Assembly: GCF_963853765.1 (NCBI RefSeq) | Contig: NC_088855.1 | Location: forward strand, 50,902,001-50,966,000 | DNA: 64,000 bases | From: Magallana gigas | Taxonomy: Eukaryota | Reading direction: 5' to 3' | Shown here: in pieces, positions 22,077-34,900 of the stretch | How positions within the stretch are numbered: position 1 is the stretch's first letter | How the letters are laid out: the number at the start of each line of letters is the position of its first letter | Made by a program: the position numbers and the translations under genes | The notes under the pieces: generated by a model | Databases searched by the model: none | Told to the model about the DNA's origin: nothing | Seen by the model: only the letters and a program-made list of their open reading frames with translations

Positions 22077-25000
22077 CTATAAGAAGTAGTCTGGCTGTGG
22101 CTTTTTGGATGGTATACCTCTTGACTCCTACAATCAAAATAAAATAAATTTTTATCAAGTTTCATATGTTTTTTTCAATAGTTGATGCAAATCCAAGATA
22201 TGTGGTGCTTTGAATATGAACATAGTAATGGAGCTCTGAAGAAAACGAGTTCCTGCTACTGAGTGGTCAAATAAATAATGTAGTCTCAAAAGGTTAACAG
22301 GTTTGCAGATAAACAATTTACCTGAGGAGCTGCCTCGAATATGGTGAAGTCCCTGTCCAAATGTTCATCTAGTTCCAAAATAGCTGCAACATTTCCACAT
22401 CTGAAACAATAAAGCATATTAAAACAATGTTTTAAAATCTTTTGTTCATGTATCAATTTGGACAAGATGGCAAATATTCTATAAACACAAATATGGGCAA
22501 CAAAAGAATCAAAAGTTAATACAATAACTCTATTTAACAAACCCACCTGTAACAGTAGTTCGGAGCTGACCATACAGTCAGAACTGTTTCACTAAAGTGC
22601 CACTTATAACCCTCCATTACTAATTGATGAGCTCGACATATAAGCTCAATACTGTTGGCTGCATTAAACTGTGCCACCACATCATGCCCAAAGAGGTACC
22701 CGGCTCCTCTAGGACTCACTCCCCAGCCCTGCATGTCTGCAAAACATCAAATATTGTGTTATTATAGTGATGTTAAAAAACCTCAATGGGTACATAAAAA
22801 ACATTCATCTCCATGTTTGTTTTATTTTTAGTAGTCAGGAAAATCCTGTTAATGGAGATGCAGCACTGACCTTCAGGATCTGACCATAGTAAGTCACACA
22901 TTGGTCCATCGTGTGGAACTTCTTGCTTCCTGTCTATTGCACGGATTTGATCTAGTGTCTGTATAGAGGGGGATAATCCACCATGTACACAAAATATCTG
23001 TGTAAAACAACAAGATAAGCTTATTGTTATCAAATCATGTACTGATAATCAAACACCACTTCAATTATATTCTGGTAAAGGAGGGAGGTAACTTGATTTT
23101 ACCAAAAAATATTTCATTATTAAAATCTACTAACAAAAAATATTTGTAACATATCAGTATTTTCGTTGATAACTTTCTCAATGTAATCTTTGATAGAATC
23201 AATCTAATTTTGTGTACATCAAAAATATTCCACCAAAATTCCTTACCTTTCCATCAATGATTGCTGAAAGACTAAGATAGTCAAATATTTCTGTGCAGTA
23301 TCTCCAAACTGTGATAGAGCCATACTTCCTTAGGCACTCATCATAAAATCCATAAACCTGTGTTATCTGACGACTTTCATGGTTTCCTCGAATCAGTGTT
23401 ATTCTGTCTGGATACCTTACCTAAAATTAAAGAGGAAAACCAGGTTATATTTCATTTAGGTTGTTTGTAATAGTTAACATGCAGACATAACAGCAAGGGC
23501 AAATAAAGAACTCCCACACCACCTTCTGGTTAATGGGACAGGTCATAACCACTTTTTGCACATTTTGTTTCAAAATTAGCAACACATCTTATCAACCTCC
23601 GTCGGTAAAATTTCATTGTCTTCAGTTGGCAGGGTTGTTCAATTTCAATTCTTTATTCGCTCAAGACCAGTTCACTGGTATTTGAGGTTCAAAATCAGTA
23701 TATACAAATGTACACGAATACAGTCAAGGATCACATGTACAGTAGGAGTAATAATGACAAAAAAAGGTTAAAATCACAATACAATAGGTTGTTAAAGTTG
23801 GTTTCTGGAAGAACAGACTTTGAAAATTTTCTTAATAAATATTGACAAGTTTTTTAGTTTTCTACATTAAAAGTATTCATGAGCTCGTTAAATTTTATAA
23901 TATTTGGGTTTTCATAATTTCTCTTGGGTAAAAACATTTTTCTGTCGTTTACAAAACGTGTACATTCTAAAATATAATGAAATTCATCCCCAATACTATT
24001 AGAATCACACATTGTACATTTTCTTAAATGTTTTTCAATATTATGCCATCTACCTGTTTCAATGGGGAATCGATGATTACATGATCGTAATTTTGTAAAC
24101 GTGATCCGTAGATCTGTAGGTAAAATCAACAAGTACTTTTCTAAATTAAGATTTGTTTTAAAAATTCTATATTTAATACATTTTGGTGAGTTATCTACTA
24201 TACTTCTCCAATCTTGTACAAATTGATTTTGTAATATTTCTTTAACTATTGACTTAAGCCAGTTATAGCTACATATTGTTTGATTTTCCCATATATAAGA
24301 CAACCCGCACGAGTTGAGTATATCATGTATACATTTTATCCATGGATGCATAAAAGATCCATTTTTGTAACATCTATAAAAATAACAATAGATTACATTA
24401 GTGAGTTTACAATCGTGGGCTTGTTGGAGTAAATTACTTGGAAATGTAATTAATTACTTTCAAATACATCAATAATTTTGTCAATTACTTACAATTACAT
24501 TGATTTTTTCAAATGTAATTAATTAATTTCAGTAAGTTTGAAAAATGTAATTAATTACACTCAATTACAAAAACTTCTTTCAATTACCCCATCCCTGACA
24601 GTTGGAATATTACCTTCCTAAACAGACAAGTAGATTGGAGGCTGAAATGAGATTTTATTTGCCATGGACAATCAGTAAATTGTTGATGCTCTCAGACCCC
24701 CAAGAAGATCGTCAATAAAGGTTGTGTGCCAATCATTCAATGGTTATTTTCCACTAGTGTACTTTATTTATTTAATTAAATGAATTTAATTGGATCTGTG
24801 AATATCTTCAACATCTTTAAAAATATAATCAGTCAATAAGAACATTGTACTGACCTTCAGAGCTAATAATAACAAAAAGGTTTCAACACTGTAAAAGCCC
24901 CGATCCACAAAGTCTCCCATAAATAAATAGTTCGTGTTTGGAACATCACCTCCGACTTTAAATAATTCTTTTAGATCATAAAACTGGCCATGAATATCCC

Positions 25001-28000
25001 CACACACCTACAAAACAAATCAATCAAAGAGATCAGCAATTTATCACATTTCAATTTTGTATCGTTTCCATCAATGTCAAACTAGAACTGTCCTAATGGG
25101 ACTAATACCCCCGCTAGGCTAATTTCAAATGGGACAAATAATTGAATTGAATAATAATTAAGGTTTGGAACACATAAAAAAAAAAATTCTAGAATTGTAA
25201 AAAAAAAAAAATAGTTAACAAAGAAATATCAAAATTGTCAGAATTTCACTGTAAATACATATCTATAACAGTAATACATTTACAAATGTATGTATTTGAT
25301 GATATATTTTTTTAATTTAATTGATTTAAAGAAAAACCAACAAAATGACAAAAACCCCTCCCTTTGCAGTGAATAGAAATACCGGTAGCCAAGCAATGCT
25401 CTTCTGTTGATAAAACTTTCAATATCTTTCTTATAAGAGTCTTGACAGATGCAATTAGTTGTTTCAAATTTTCCTCACTTTCTCCTATGGCACAATTGAA
25501 CTCCATATCAGAAAATTGATCCCATAGGACTATGATTTTCTTTGATGAGCTTGTTAAATTTAATAAACTCCCAAAACATTACCATAATTACCATACTATG
25601 TAAAAATATGTAAAAAAGAAAATTTAATATTACTAACAATTTTAAATTGCCAAAACACTACAATCATATCAGTAATTTTGAATTTCATTTAAATTAATGC
25701 CCAATAGGGTCACTTCATCAAATTACTTGACAAATAAATTTAAACAACCTCTAAAAATAGTTTAACTTCTTTATTAATAATTATATTATTTATTTCCTTA
25801 TAATGATAGACCTTTTGGTTTACATGAAACAGTTTTAAAATAGCCCCAAAACCATCACCCATTTTACAGATTATCAATTTCCCCTAAACACATGCTCCAT
25901 CTGAACCATGGCTCAGATAATGGCTCCCTTGGGACAAATGAATTCAGCCACACTTGTCTTTGATGTTCTCATTAGCTCCTAAGAATTTATCATTGACAAA
26001 CAAAAACTTTGCATTGTCAGTTGATAGAATACTTAAAAAAAAATAATTTTTTTTTTATTAATTAAGACATAAAGACAAAAAACTCCATCTGGATGTATTT
26101 ATATAAATATATTTTAGAGTGTTTTCTATTAATTAATTAATAAAATCTGTAAGGATTACCTCCCTTACTTTTCAACATTAGTGTACAATATATAGAATAA
26201 GGAAAATGAAAAATGTCATAAAATAATTAAATCTTGTCTGATCTTAAAAAAAATTGCAGGTGCACATCTTCAGATGGTGTTCAACATATGTACAAATTTT
26301 CAAACTGTTCCATGCAGTAATAAAAAATTCTATAGGGGGGACAAAGTTGCGTCTACAGACAGACGGACAGACGGACAGACAGACAGACGGACAGACAGAC
26401 AGACAGACGGACAGGGTGAAACCAATATACCCCCCTAAACTTCGTTTGCGGGGGTATAATAAATTGCAGACCCATTTCAAAATTTATAGATCATTAATTA
26501 AATTAAAGATAATGCGTACTGCTATACTTACCGTGACTGGTGAATCAACTCTCTGAACATTGCTCTCCTCTACAAGAATTTCTCGAGCTTTAGCGCAAAG
26601 CGCTTTAACTTCACTCTCTTTAATTACTTCACATCTTCTCAACTGTTCAATTTGTCTAAAATACACAAGCAAACATTAATATTGCACCTTTTTTCTGAAT
26701 AGATAAAAGATGTCACTGACAGATTTTCCCCACCATAAATCCCCAAACAAAATGCATTTTTGATACTCTTTGTCCAGATATACTGTATGTTGTAAAGTCT
26801 TGTATATAATATGCACCTTTTTTAGCCAATAATATGATCAAACAATAATATGATGTAATCAACATTTCTCTCTTGTGACTTCACAGTTTAATTCATTCAA
26901 GTGCAGGAATATTAGCTATAACTATAATTTAACCTAAGTAAAACTTATTTACTTTTCGTCCTGTTATGGAGTTTAATGTTATTGTTTTATATATAGACAC
27001 TGTCAGCAAAAGATTGATTATGTGTACAACTTGATAACATATTGATGGTATACAACATAAAAATGTTTCTTCATAATATTTTATTGAATTGGACTTATTA
27101 TCATTCAAGTCATTACTTTTGTTGTTCTGGTTTGGATCTGCAAATGTAATTACTTTTCAGAACTTTGAATACATAATCAATGCATGCACACTAATGACTA
27201 TTTCAACATCTTTTTTTTTGATTTTCGATTGAAAATTTCTTTTTTTTCCTTGGGGTGAGTATTATACATATGGACAGCAATTTTTTTCATCATTTCACAT
27301 CCCAGTGTTTTGTCTTAAAGTGTCCTCCGTAAAAAGAAATACGATTAAAATATATTAAGAAATATAACTGGGAAAAATCATCTGTTTATAAATTAATAAA
27401 ATTAAGTGTCCAAAATTATAAAGATTTGTGTAATCTGGGGAAATATCTATATTTAGCTTTTAAAAACCACAACATTATTCCATAAATTGTTTTTTGTTAC
27501 GCATGTTATCCTGTGTCTCTATTTCATATCTGATATTGTATCATGCCAAATGTCTATAATTATCATTTTTCTTATGTAATATGTTTGTTGAGCAAATAAA
27601 GAATGACTCTTGTTTATTCATTGAATTTGAAGCTGATACTGAGCATGAAGCTGTAGATATGTTAAAGAGTGTTGTATATTTGAAACATTTGCAAAAACTC
27701 TTTATTAGCTTTACTTAAAAAAAAAGTAATGGTAATGGTAATGCATTACTTTACTCATGTAATGGTAATGTAATGCATTACTTCAAGAAAATCAAGTAAT
27801 GGTAATGGTAATTTAATGCCCAAATTCATGAAGTAATGGTAATGTAATGCATTACTTTACAATTTAATTCGCCCCAAGCCTGCATCCCACAATGGAGGTG
27901 CGTATTATACACACGACTTTTTGGTAGTTGATGTTTGAAAAAAGAAATCTAGAAATTTTTTGCTATATACGTATCTCAACAGACAGGGTTGTAACATACC

Positions 28001-28819
28001 CCCTCCCCCCCCCCCCCCCCAAAACTTACACTTGCAGCAAACATTTTTCTTAAATTTACATATAAAAAGATGAACTATCATGGAGTTGCCTTATTGGGAG
28101 TATTAAAAAAATTGAATTTAAAATAGGAAATTAATAGTGAAAGAGTGAAATTGAAGTTTTGGTATACTATGACAAACTGTAACAATCAAAATTTTCTTAA
28201 ATTGTCCTATATTTATAAATATATCTCTGGGTTTAAACAATGGTCTAGCTTTCAAAAGTATACAAAAAAATCCCAAGATTTCTTCCCTAAAACGCCCCCT
28301 TTTTCAGATTTCAATTCATGGCTAAAAATAAAGTCTACGGGGGTTTCCCATTGCAAAAGAAGATGATGGCCCAGATGATACATTGGAAAATTGTGCAAGT
28401 GAGTTCCGAATGGAGTAAAAATTTAAACATGATATTCCCCATTTTAAATCTCCATATGATATCAGTTTTCGTCTGTAAATTTTCTCGACTCAGAGTGAAA
28501 AACGATAATGTGTCAATGAAGATATCTTGGAATTGGATATTTACCCTTTCATTGATTTCAACTGCACATTTCTCATAGGTATCATCCCCTGATGGTATGT
28601 GAATTTTTATTAAAAATTGTCCAAATGAGCTACATAAACTTGGGACAGACAATAGTCAAATATTTTTTTATCTGCGGAAGAAACTTGTTGAAAAAATGAG
28701 AATACATGCTTTCAGAATCTCGCACGTACTCTCAATCTGTTTATTATCCAAAATTGATTGACCTACCGACAAAAGGAGATATGTTATTGTTTTACTCACC
28801 TATCTAAGTCACTTGTCAT
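22077..28819 (-). CDS. PPP4C: Serine/threonine-protein phosphatase 4 catalytic subunit, 305 aa
   Basis: Exons are 28819-28800 (MTSDLDR), 26655-26532, 25007-24855, 23420-23247, 22997-22871, 22736-22547, 22400-22322 and 22127-22077. Motifs [27 protein letters not shown] and C-terminal DYFL are present. PP4-specific stretches are [27 protein letters not shown] and GIPSKKP. Confidence 0.97.
23630..24597. mobile_element. hAT-type MITE (CAGGG termini, 8-bp TSD, GTAATTAATTAC repeats) interrupted by a LINE
   Basis: The left end cagggttg at 23630 resumes as gagtaaattac near 24427; the right end is aattaccccatccctg at 24597. Flanks tcagttgg (23622-23629) and acagttgg (24598-24605) match 7/8. Confidence 0.7.
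23640..24416 (-). mobile_element. 5'-truncated non-LTR retrotransposon (ORF2 C-terminus plus 3' UTR and tail)
   Basis: ORF 24351-23854 includes [15 protein letters not shown] and CTMC...[10 protein letters not shown], a C-terminal Cys/His motif of RTEX/CR1/L2-like LINEs. The 3' end is aataaagaattgaaattgaa, with ttgtt duplicated at 23635-23639 and 24421-24425. Confidence 0.88.
25078..26460 (+). mobile_element. Helentron-associated non-autonomous element (HINE/pearl-like) in a PPP4C intron
   Basis: Left end aaactagaactgtcc with subTIR tacccccgc (25106-25114). The right end has an (ACAG/ACGG)n tract, the hairpin ccccctaaacttcgtttgcggggg, and subTIR gcgggggta (26448-26456). Confidence 0.7.
27724..27882. 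mobile_element. Partial GTAATG/CATTAC-rich MITE (hAT-like right end)
   Basis: Repeated gtaatggtaatgtaatgcattac ending gccccaagcctg, similar to the right end at 24597. The left end was not found. Confidence 0.55.
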
Positions 28820-29157
28820 TTTCTTTGATGAGAGTTAATCCAACTGCAATTCAAAAGGAAGACGTCTAGTTTATAATCTTCTTGCAAACGCAAGGATGTT
28901 ACAAATGTATAAATAATAGAGACATTTGACAAGTATCTTAATCACAGAAATATCTCTTTCAGTGCTTCAAAACAACGAGACAACGGCTTTGAACATGTTC
29001 ATGATGTTGAATTCGAGTGGCTTATATAGACAGAGATTTTGCGTAAGAATGGCATAGATATACGATAAATCAATATTTCTGTTTTTATAAGATCTTAATC
29101 TCAAATGATTCATTACAAATGATGTGTAAAACAAACAAATCATAAAAGATAACGCTT

Positions 29158-29200
29158 ACTCACTGGTCGCGGTGTCCCCTACCCTCTCTCTCTGACGTCA
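29158..29200 (-). promoter_or_regulatory. PPP4C 5'-UTR first exon donor and perfect CRE
   Basis: Minus-strand donor gtgagt at 29163-29158 and TGACGTCA at 29193-29200. The downstream acceptor at 28844 precedes the ATG exon. Confidence 0.55.
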
Positions 29201-29400
29201 CGTACTTGATCTCGGCCCAGATCTCGTTTTAACGAGATCAGTTATTTATTATTTTTTTGAAATGATTATTAATATAATATTTACATTAATTAAATCAAAC
29301 ATATTAAATACAATTTTGTTACCAGGTTTTTAGATTTTTTTCTCTCTGTGTTTGCCCATAAGATCTCGGCCATCTCCGATTCGACAACCTCGGTAGATCG

Positions 29401-29493
29401 TAGTCTCGTTCAACCAGACGCTCGGCTGTCTCCGTAAATCTCCGACGAGCGGAGATTTACGGAGACAGCCGAGCGTCTGGTTGAACGAGACTA
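29401..29493. mobile_element. 93-bp perfect-hairpin MITE with 9-bp TSD (TAG...CTA termini; AcademH-like)
   Basis: 44-bp perfect stem with a 5-nt loop (acgag). ggtagatcg is duplicated at 29392-29400 and 29494-29502. Confidence 0.85.
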
Positions 29494-29510
29494 GGTAGAT
29501 CGCAAACGCC

Positions 29511-30006
29511 GGGTGCTGGTCACTTCGCCCCAAAGCCAAAGCGCCCCATGCACGAGCGCCCCAAATTTTTCTTGGTGCGCCCCAAGTACAATTCACGAGC
29601 GCACCAAGTGTATGTCACGAGCGCCCCAATTATATCTCACGAGCGGCCCAAATGTTGGTTTTTTCATGATTAAATTTTTTTACGTACGAGCGCCCCAAAG
29701 TCATTTTCGCTTACAGTATTCATTTGAATGTTATGAGCAAAATTTTCCAATGATCCGAATGTTTTTGTTTTTTTTCAGGTTTTTTTACGAGCGCCCCAAA
29801 ATATATTAACATATGATTAAGACATAATAGGACTATAATCAGGAAAACCATTTTGGGGCGTCGTGAAAACGTTTTCGATTTTTAGTACAATATTGGAAAT
29901 TTGGGGCGCTCGTGCAAATTATCAAAGACGTAAGATGTAATGATAATTTATTTTGGGGCGTTCGTGAATACATTTGGGGCGCTCGTGAAACGTAATTGGG
30001 GCGCTC
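29511..30006. mobile_element. Foldback MITE with ACGAGCGCCCCAA subrepeats
   Basis: About 7 forward copies in 29551-29800 and about 5 reverse copies (ttggggcgctcgt) in 29851-30006. The right end appears truncated against a G-run element fragment ending gatgctacgtgcctg at 30160. Confidence 0.75.
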
Positions 30007-30169
30007 CAAAAAAAAAAAGGGTTTCTTTCCAAAATCCTAATGCGTGGGGGGGGGGGGGGGGCAGAACTCCATGTTAATTAATTTTTTTTTGTAAGTAAAT
30101 ATTATAAAAAAAAACTTTGCTGCGTAAAAAAGTGCCCCCCTCCCGGATGCTACGTGCCTGTCGTCTATG

Positions 30170-30410
30170 TAGTCCGAAATATCTGACGTTTTTCTGGCTT
30201 TTTTAACGATTTTGATATTTACTTGCCGAAATATCTGACGTTTTTCTGGCTTTTTTAACGATTTTGATATTTACTAAATATCAAAATCGTTAAAAAAGCC
30301 AGAAAAACGTCAGATATTTTTCTGGCTTTTTTAACGATTTTGAAATTTACTTGCCAAGTAAATATCAAAATCGTTAAAAAAGCCAGAAAAACGTCAGATA
30401 TTTCGGACTA
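30170..30410. mobile_element. TAG...CTA palindromic MITE with internal duplication/inversion
   Basis: Termini tagtccgaaatatctgacg / cgtcagatatttcggacta. Flanks tcgtctatg / atgtctatg match 7/9. A 48-bp unit is arranged A,A,A',A(partial),A'. Confidence 0.8.
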
Positions 30411-31331
30411 ATGTCTATGATACATAAGAGGGATGAAAATCGGGATGAAAACATGCGCTTGGAATCGTTGCTTAATTTACAAGTGGCATATGTATAGATG
30501 ATACACTTAGATTTAATATGCTTTTAAAAGAAGCACTTTTCACAGCTTTATATGATATTTAAACATTTTTTTAAAAATATCTATTTACTCTTTTAAATTA
30601 TTTAAGCATGTTCCTAATTCCACAAAATTCCACATCTACTGGTTGTTCTGTCCCGGAGTTACCATGGTTACTGTTAGAATATATGTCGAAATCTAAAATC
30701 TAAATAGTTAATATACAGACATAAACATGTCCGAAAACTGGATAAAATTTAAAAAATAAATTTATTAATGTTTATTGTAATATGACATGAACAAATTGAC
30801 ATGTGTATCAAAGTAATTTAATTAGTATCAATAAAAAGTACTATATGAAATATCTTAAGTGATATAACTGTCATACTGATCAATGACTATGCAGTATATT
30901 TACTTATAATAAATGTTTGGTCTTTTATATTCTAGTTTCCTCAAACAATAAAGTCGTTACTCCTGTTTTTGGCTCAATTGAATTTTTTAATCAATTTCTA
31001 GGTTTAACAGTTAACGCGGTTTAAAAATGGGTAAAATAAAAAAAAGTTCAGGTTTGTTTTACGTACATGAGCTCAGTTGTCGGATAGTGGAGTTCATTAT
31101 TATTGTTCCCGAAGACATAAAATATTGAAAATGAAATTAGTCATCTTAAGTGTATTTCTGTGCATTGCATTAAAAACATTCACTGAAAACCCCTGTCCAA
31201 GTGAATTCGTAGTAAATTTATACTGAAGTACACTTTTTAACATGATTGTAACAGGGGTTTTCAGCGATTTTTTTTAATGCAATAACAATTACACAGAAAC
31301 ACACATAAGATAATAATTTGTATCTTCGATA

Positions 31332-31751
31332 CAGGCACGTAGCATCGTTTTTGAAAGTGGGGGGCCAGACCCATCCAAAAAATCTTGACAAGCAAAAAAA
31401 GGGAAATTTAAAGTTTTCCAAAAATCTTCAAAATCCTAATCCGGGGGGGGGGGGGGGGGGGTGGTGGTAAACTCAACTATACTTCCAAAAAAAAATTCTT
31501 CCCTACAAAAAATTTTTTCCCTCCAAATCATGAAATTCCTAATCCGTGGGGGGGGGGGGGGGGGTAACTTCAATTTGACTACTCATTTCCTAATTTTTAA
31601 TACCAATTTTTTACTAACTTCCAAAAAAGTGGGGGGGGGGGCCAACTCCTCTATAATTCATTTTTTTATATGTAAATTTTAAAAATTTTGTTGCTGCGAG
31701 AAAAAGTGGGGGGCCAGGCCCCCCCTGGCCCCCCCTGATGCTACGTGCCTG
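31332..31751. mobile_element. 420-bp G-run-rich MITE with 15-bp TIR
   Basis: CAGGCACGTAGCATC ... GATGCTACGTGCCTG with cgata on both flanks. A partial second copy ends at 30160. Confidence 0.85.
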
Positions 31752-31951
31752 CGATAGAAGTAACAAAGAACTCGTCTCCACTCTCCGATAGCCAAGCCCA
31801 GTGATTTGTTTCCGTTGGTATTTTTCCGGAGATTAGACCACATCCGCTTGTCTATTACACTGTGCCGATTTCACAATAACCCAAATACTATTGCTATTGC
31901 ATATATTGCTTAATAACATCATCTTAAGCAATACCCCAGCATTTGTTGAAG

Positions 31952-34900
31952 ATGGGGAACATTAATACAGTTGGGCCAAATGAGGCTCTTGTTATTTCAG
32001 GTAAGTTTTTTTTAAAAGCAGTGTGTCTTCGCAGCAACTTCGATAAAGTCAGTTTCCGGTATAATGTTACGGCGACCCAACCCCTTTTAGTCTTATTGTC
32101 ACGGTCCGTAAAAGCTTTTTATCAGCGATACTAATGCATTGCAGTTTTTATTTTCATTTTTTTAATGTATGCAATATAGACATTTTCAATTAATTCAAAC
32201 GACGTACAGTATAACATCTGCACATACCCTGCACATGGTACATATATGTACTGTATGTAATATTATATCCTACCACAGTGAAGAATCGACCAAACACGCG
32301 TATGTTTCCTTGAAGCAACTGTTAACTTCTCGCCATGTATGCTATTTATTAATATTAACCACCCACTGAGATTAAATCTTTTTTATTTTATACATTAATT
32401 TTTGGACCAATTTAATATTACAACTTAATTTGGTATGAAACAACATCTTTATTTTAAAATCCTGCATACTTACATGTGTAAGATAATTATGAACATGTGT
32501 AACAGAGACTGATATTCATAGTTACCAGTTAATTTGGGTTATCCACAAGATATTAAATCCACCCTTTTGATGGATTTTGTTGTAACTCAAATTACTCAAT
32601 AGCTGAAGCTTTAAAGAATGATAAATGTACTATTCTACCACATTAAAGTGGTATTGGACACCTGCATATTGTGACATACTTCCTATTTGAATACAAAAAA
32701 ATCAAGTGTAATGGGATGGGAGAAATAATGACGGACCAGACTGAGATTCAGCCCAGGCCTCCTGAATCTCTAGTCAGGTGTCAGTGTTTTCCCCAGGCCA
32801 ATTTTGGCATAGTGGTACATGTACCACCATGCATTGAAGATCCCCGCCATGCATCAGACAGTACCGCCATGCTTCCCACTATGCATACTTATTATAAAGC
32901 AAAAATCTTTTTTCCAATGATATCACATCTTGACTGTGATAAGTAGATGTAAAATTGTTGTTATTCCATTCAATCTTCATAAAAACGCTTGTACCCACAG
33001 AGAGCATCGCTAACTTCAACATTGATCTCAGCGAGGTGGCACACGTGGTTAATGGTTAAAGGACTTGGCTTATGATTGAGATATATTGAAACTGAGCTTT
33101 TTAATCGGTAATAAATGCATAAAAAGAGACGTGATTACTTCTTGTTTTAATATGATGTGCCTTTTTCGACACCTCCGCCATTATCGAATGTTGTAGATTT
33201 TCCAAGATCTAAATATAGCACATTGTTTACTTGATGGTGTTAGCTTGGTTGCGATATGCTTGAACTGTTTATTTGCTGTAAAATTATTGGAAACTTGAGA
33301 AAATGTACTCAATAAAGAAAAAAACTTAAAGTTAATTGCAAGAAATACACGAAAGCAAAGCGATGTCACATGACTAGACTAGAGAAATCATATAGTATTG
33401 ATGAAATTGATTGTGTGCACATGTATAGGGACTGACTGCAAAGTTATAATACATCAACCAAATTTAATGAAATTTAAATAATCAAAATATCACGGAAAGT
33501 TTTATATAAAGCCAAATTTAAACAAAGAAGATCAACTGTCCAGAATAAGTTGAAGCAGTTTGCTGTAAATGCATTCTGCCTATTTCTTGGTCCGTCATTA
33601 TTTCTCCCATCCCATTACACAAGTATGATTTTATAATTTTTTTTCCTTCCAGCATAGTTACTAAAAGAATACCGCAACTGGTTAGAGCCTTGACTAGAAA
33701 TCTGTTAGTCATGAGTTCGAATTCCTCTAAGGCAGCAGGCTTTTACAACTTTAATCTTTGTGAAAATAAAATTTTTGAAACATTATTGGTCAAATATTGT
33801 ATAATTTAGAAACTCTAAAATGAAAACGTGAAAGTATTATGATTATAGAATTGACATTCACAGGTGTCCCATACCACCTTTTAGATTGAAGTTAATTTTT
33901 GGTCATGATGGTTTGTGAATTTTAGAGATGGGTGAAACAAATTTGATAAATATTTACATTAATTTTTTTTACTATTTTTCTGTCATCAGGAGGATGTGGT
34001 GGCTCCACAGGAAGAAAGACCATTGTTGGGGGCTGGGGTTGGTCTTGGTGCCTGGTGTCAGATGTCCAGAGGTAAGGCCTTAGTCTCATCGCTTCTCAGG
34101 GAAAAAGAGGAATGCACAATTAATTTTTCAAATCTCACAAAATACTGATAACTTGGACAATGGACTCAAAAGGTGAAAATTCTCCATTGCTATGATAAGC
34201 TTGTTTTGTTTTTTTTTAACTGAAAGAAGAAACAATTTGCTTGAAATCAAATCCTTTGGATCCAATCTTGTTGATTGCTTCACAAGAATACAGATAATTA
34301 TTTTCCATATACTTTTCTACAGTATGTCTAGTGCAAATTCCCTTTAATCATAAATTTCCACATTTACAAAAGAAAGAATTATTCTACACCATTTAAGAGT
34401 TTTAACTCAAATAGTAAATCATTACCTATCTTAGGCATAATGTTTAACTATTTATGTTTCATTTTTTTAGAATCTCCTTGGAGGTTATGACCTTGAACCC
34501 AGTATGTGAGAGCGTGGAGACCTCTGAAGGTGTCCCGGTCACCGTGACAGGTGTGGCTCAGGTGAAAATCATGAAGGAGCCCGAGCTGCTGAAAACCGCC
34601 TGTGAACAGTTCTTGGGGAAGAGTGTGGCCCACGTAGAGTCGGTGATTCTACAGACCCTGGAAGGCCATCTCAGGTCCATTCTTGGTATGCTCTACGCAT
34701 CAATACAATACTCTCTATGGGATGTGTTATTGTAATTTTGAAACAAAATTGTACGTAAACAACCTATCAGAATTCAGTAATTTTGAAAAATGAAACTGCA
34801 TAGAAACCGTATGATTTGTGAAATGACTAGGTGAGTGTTAATCATTTTTAATGTTGTTACATATCCTTGTATGTGAAATGGCTGACATAGATCATTCTAT

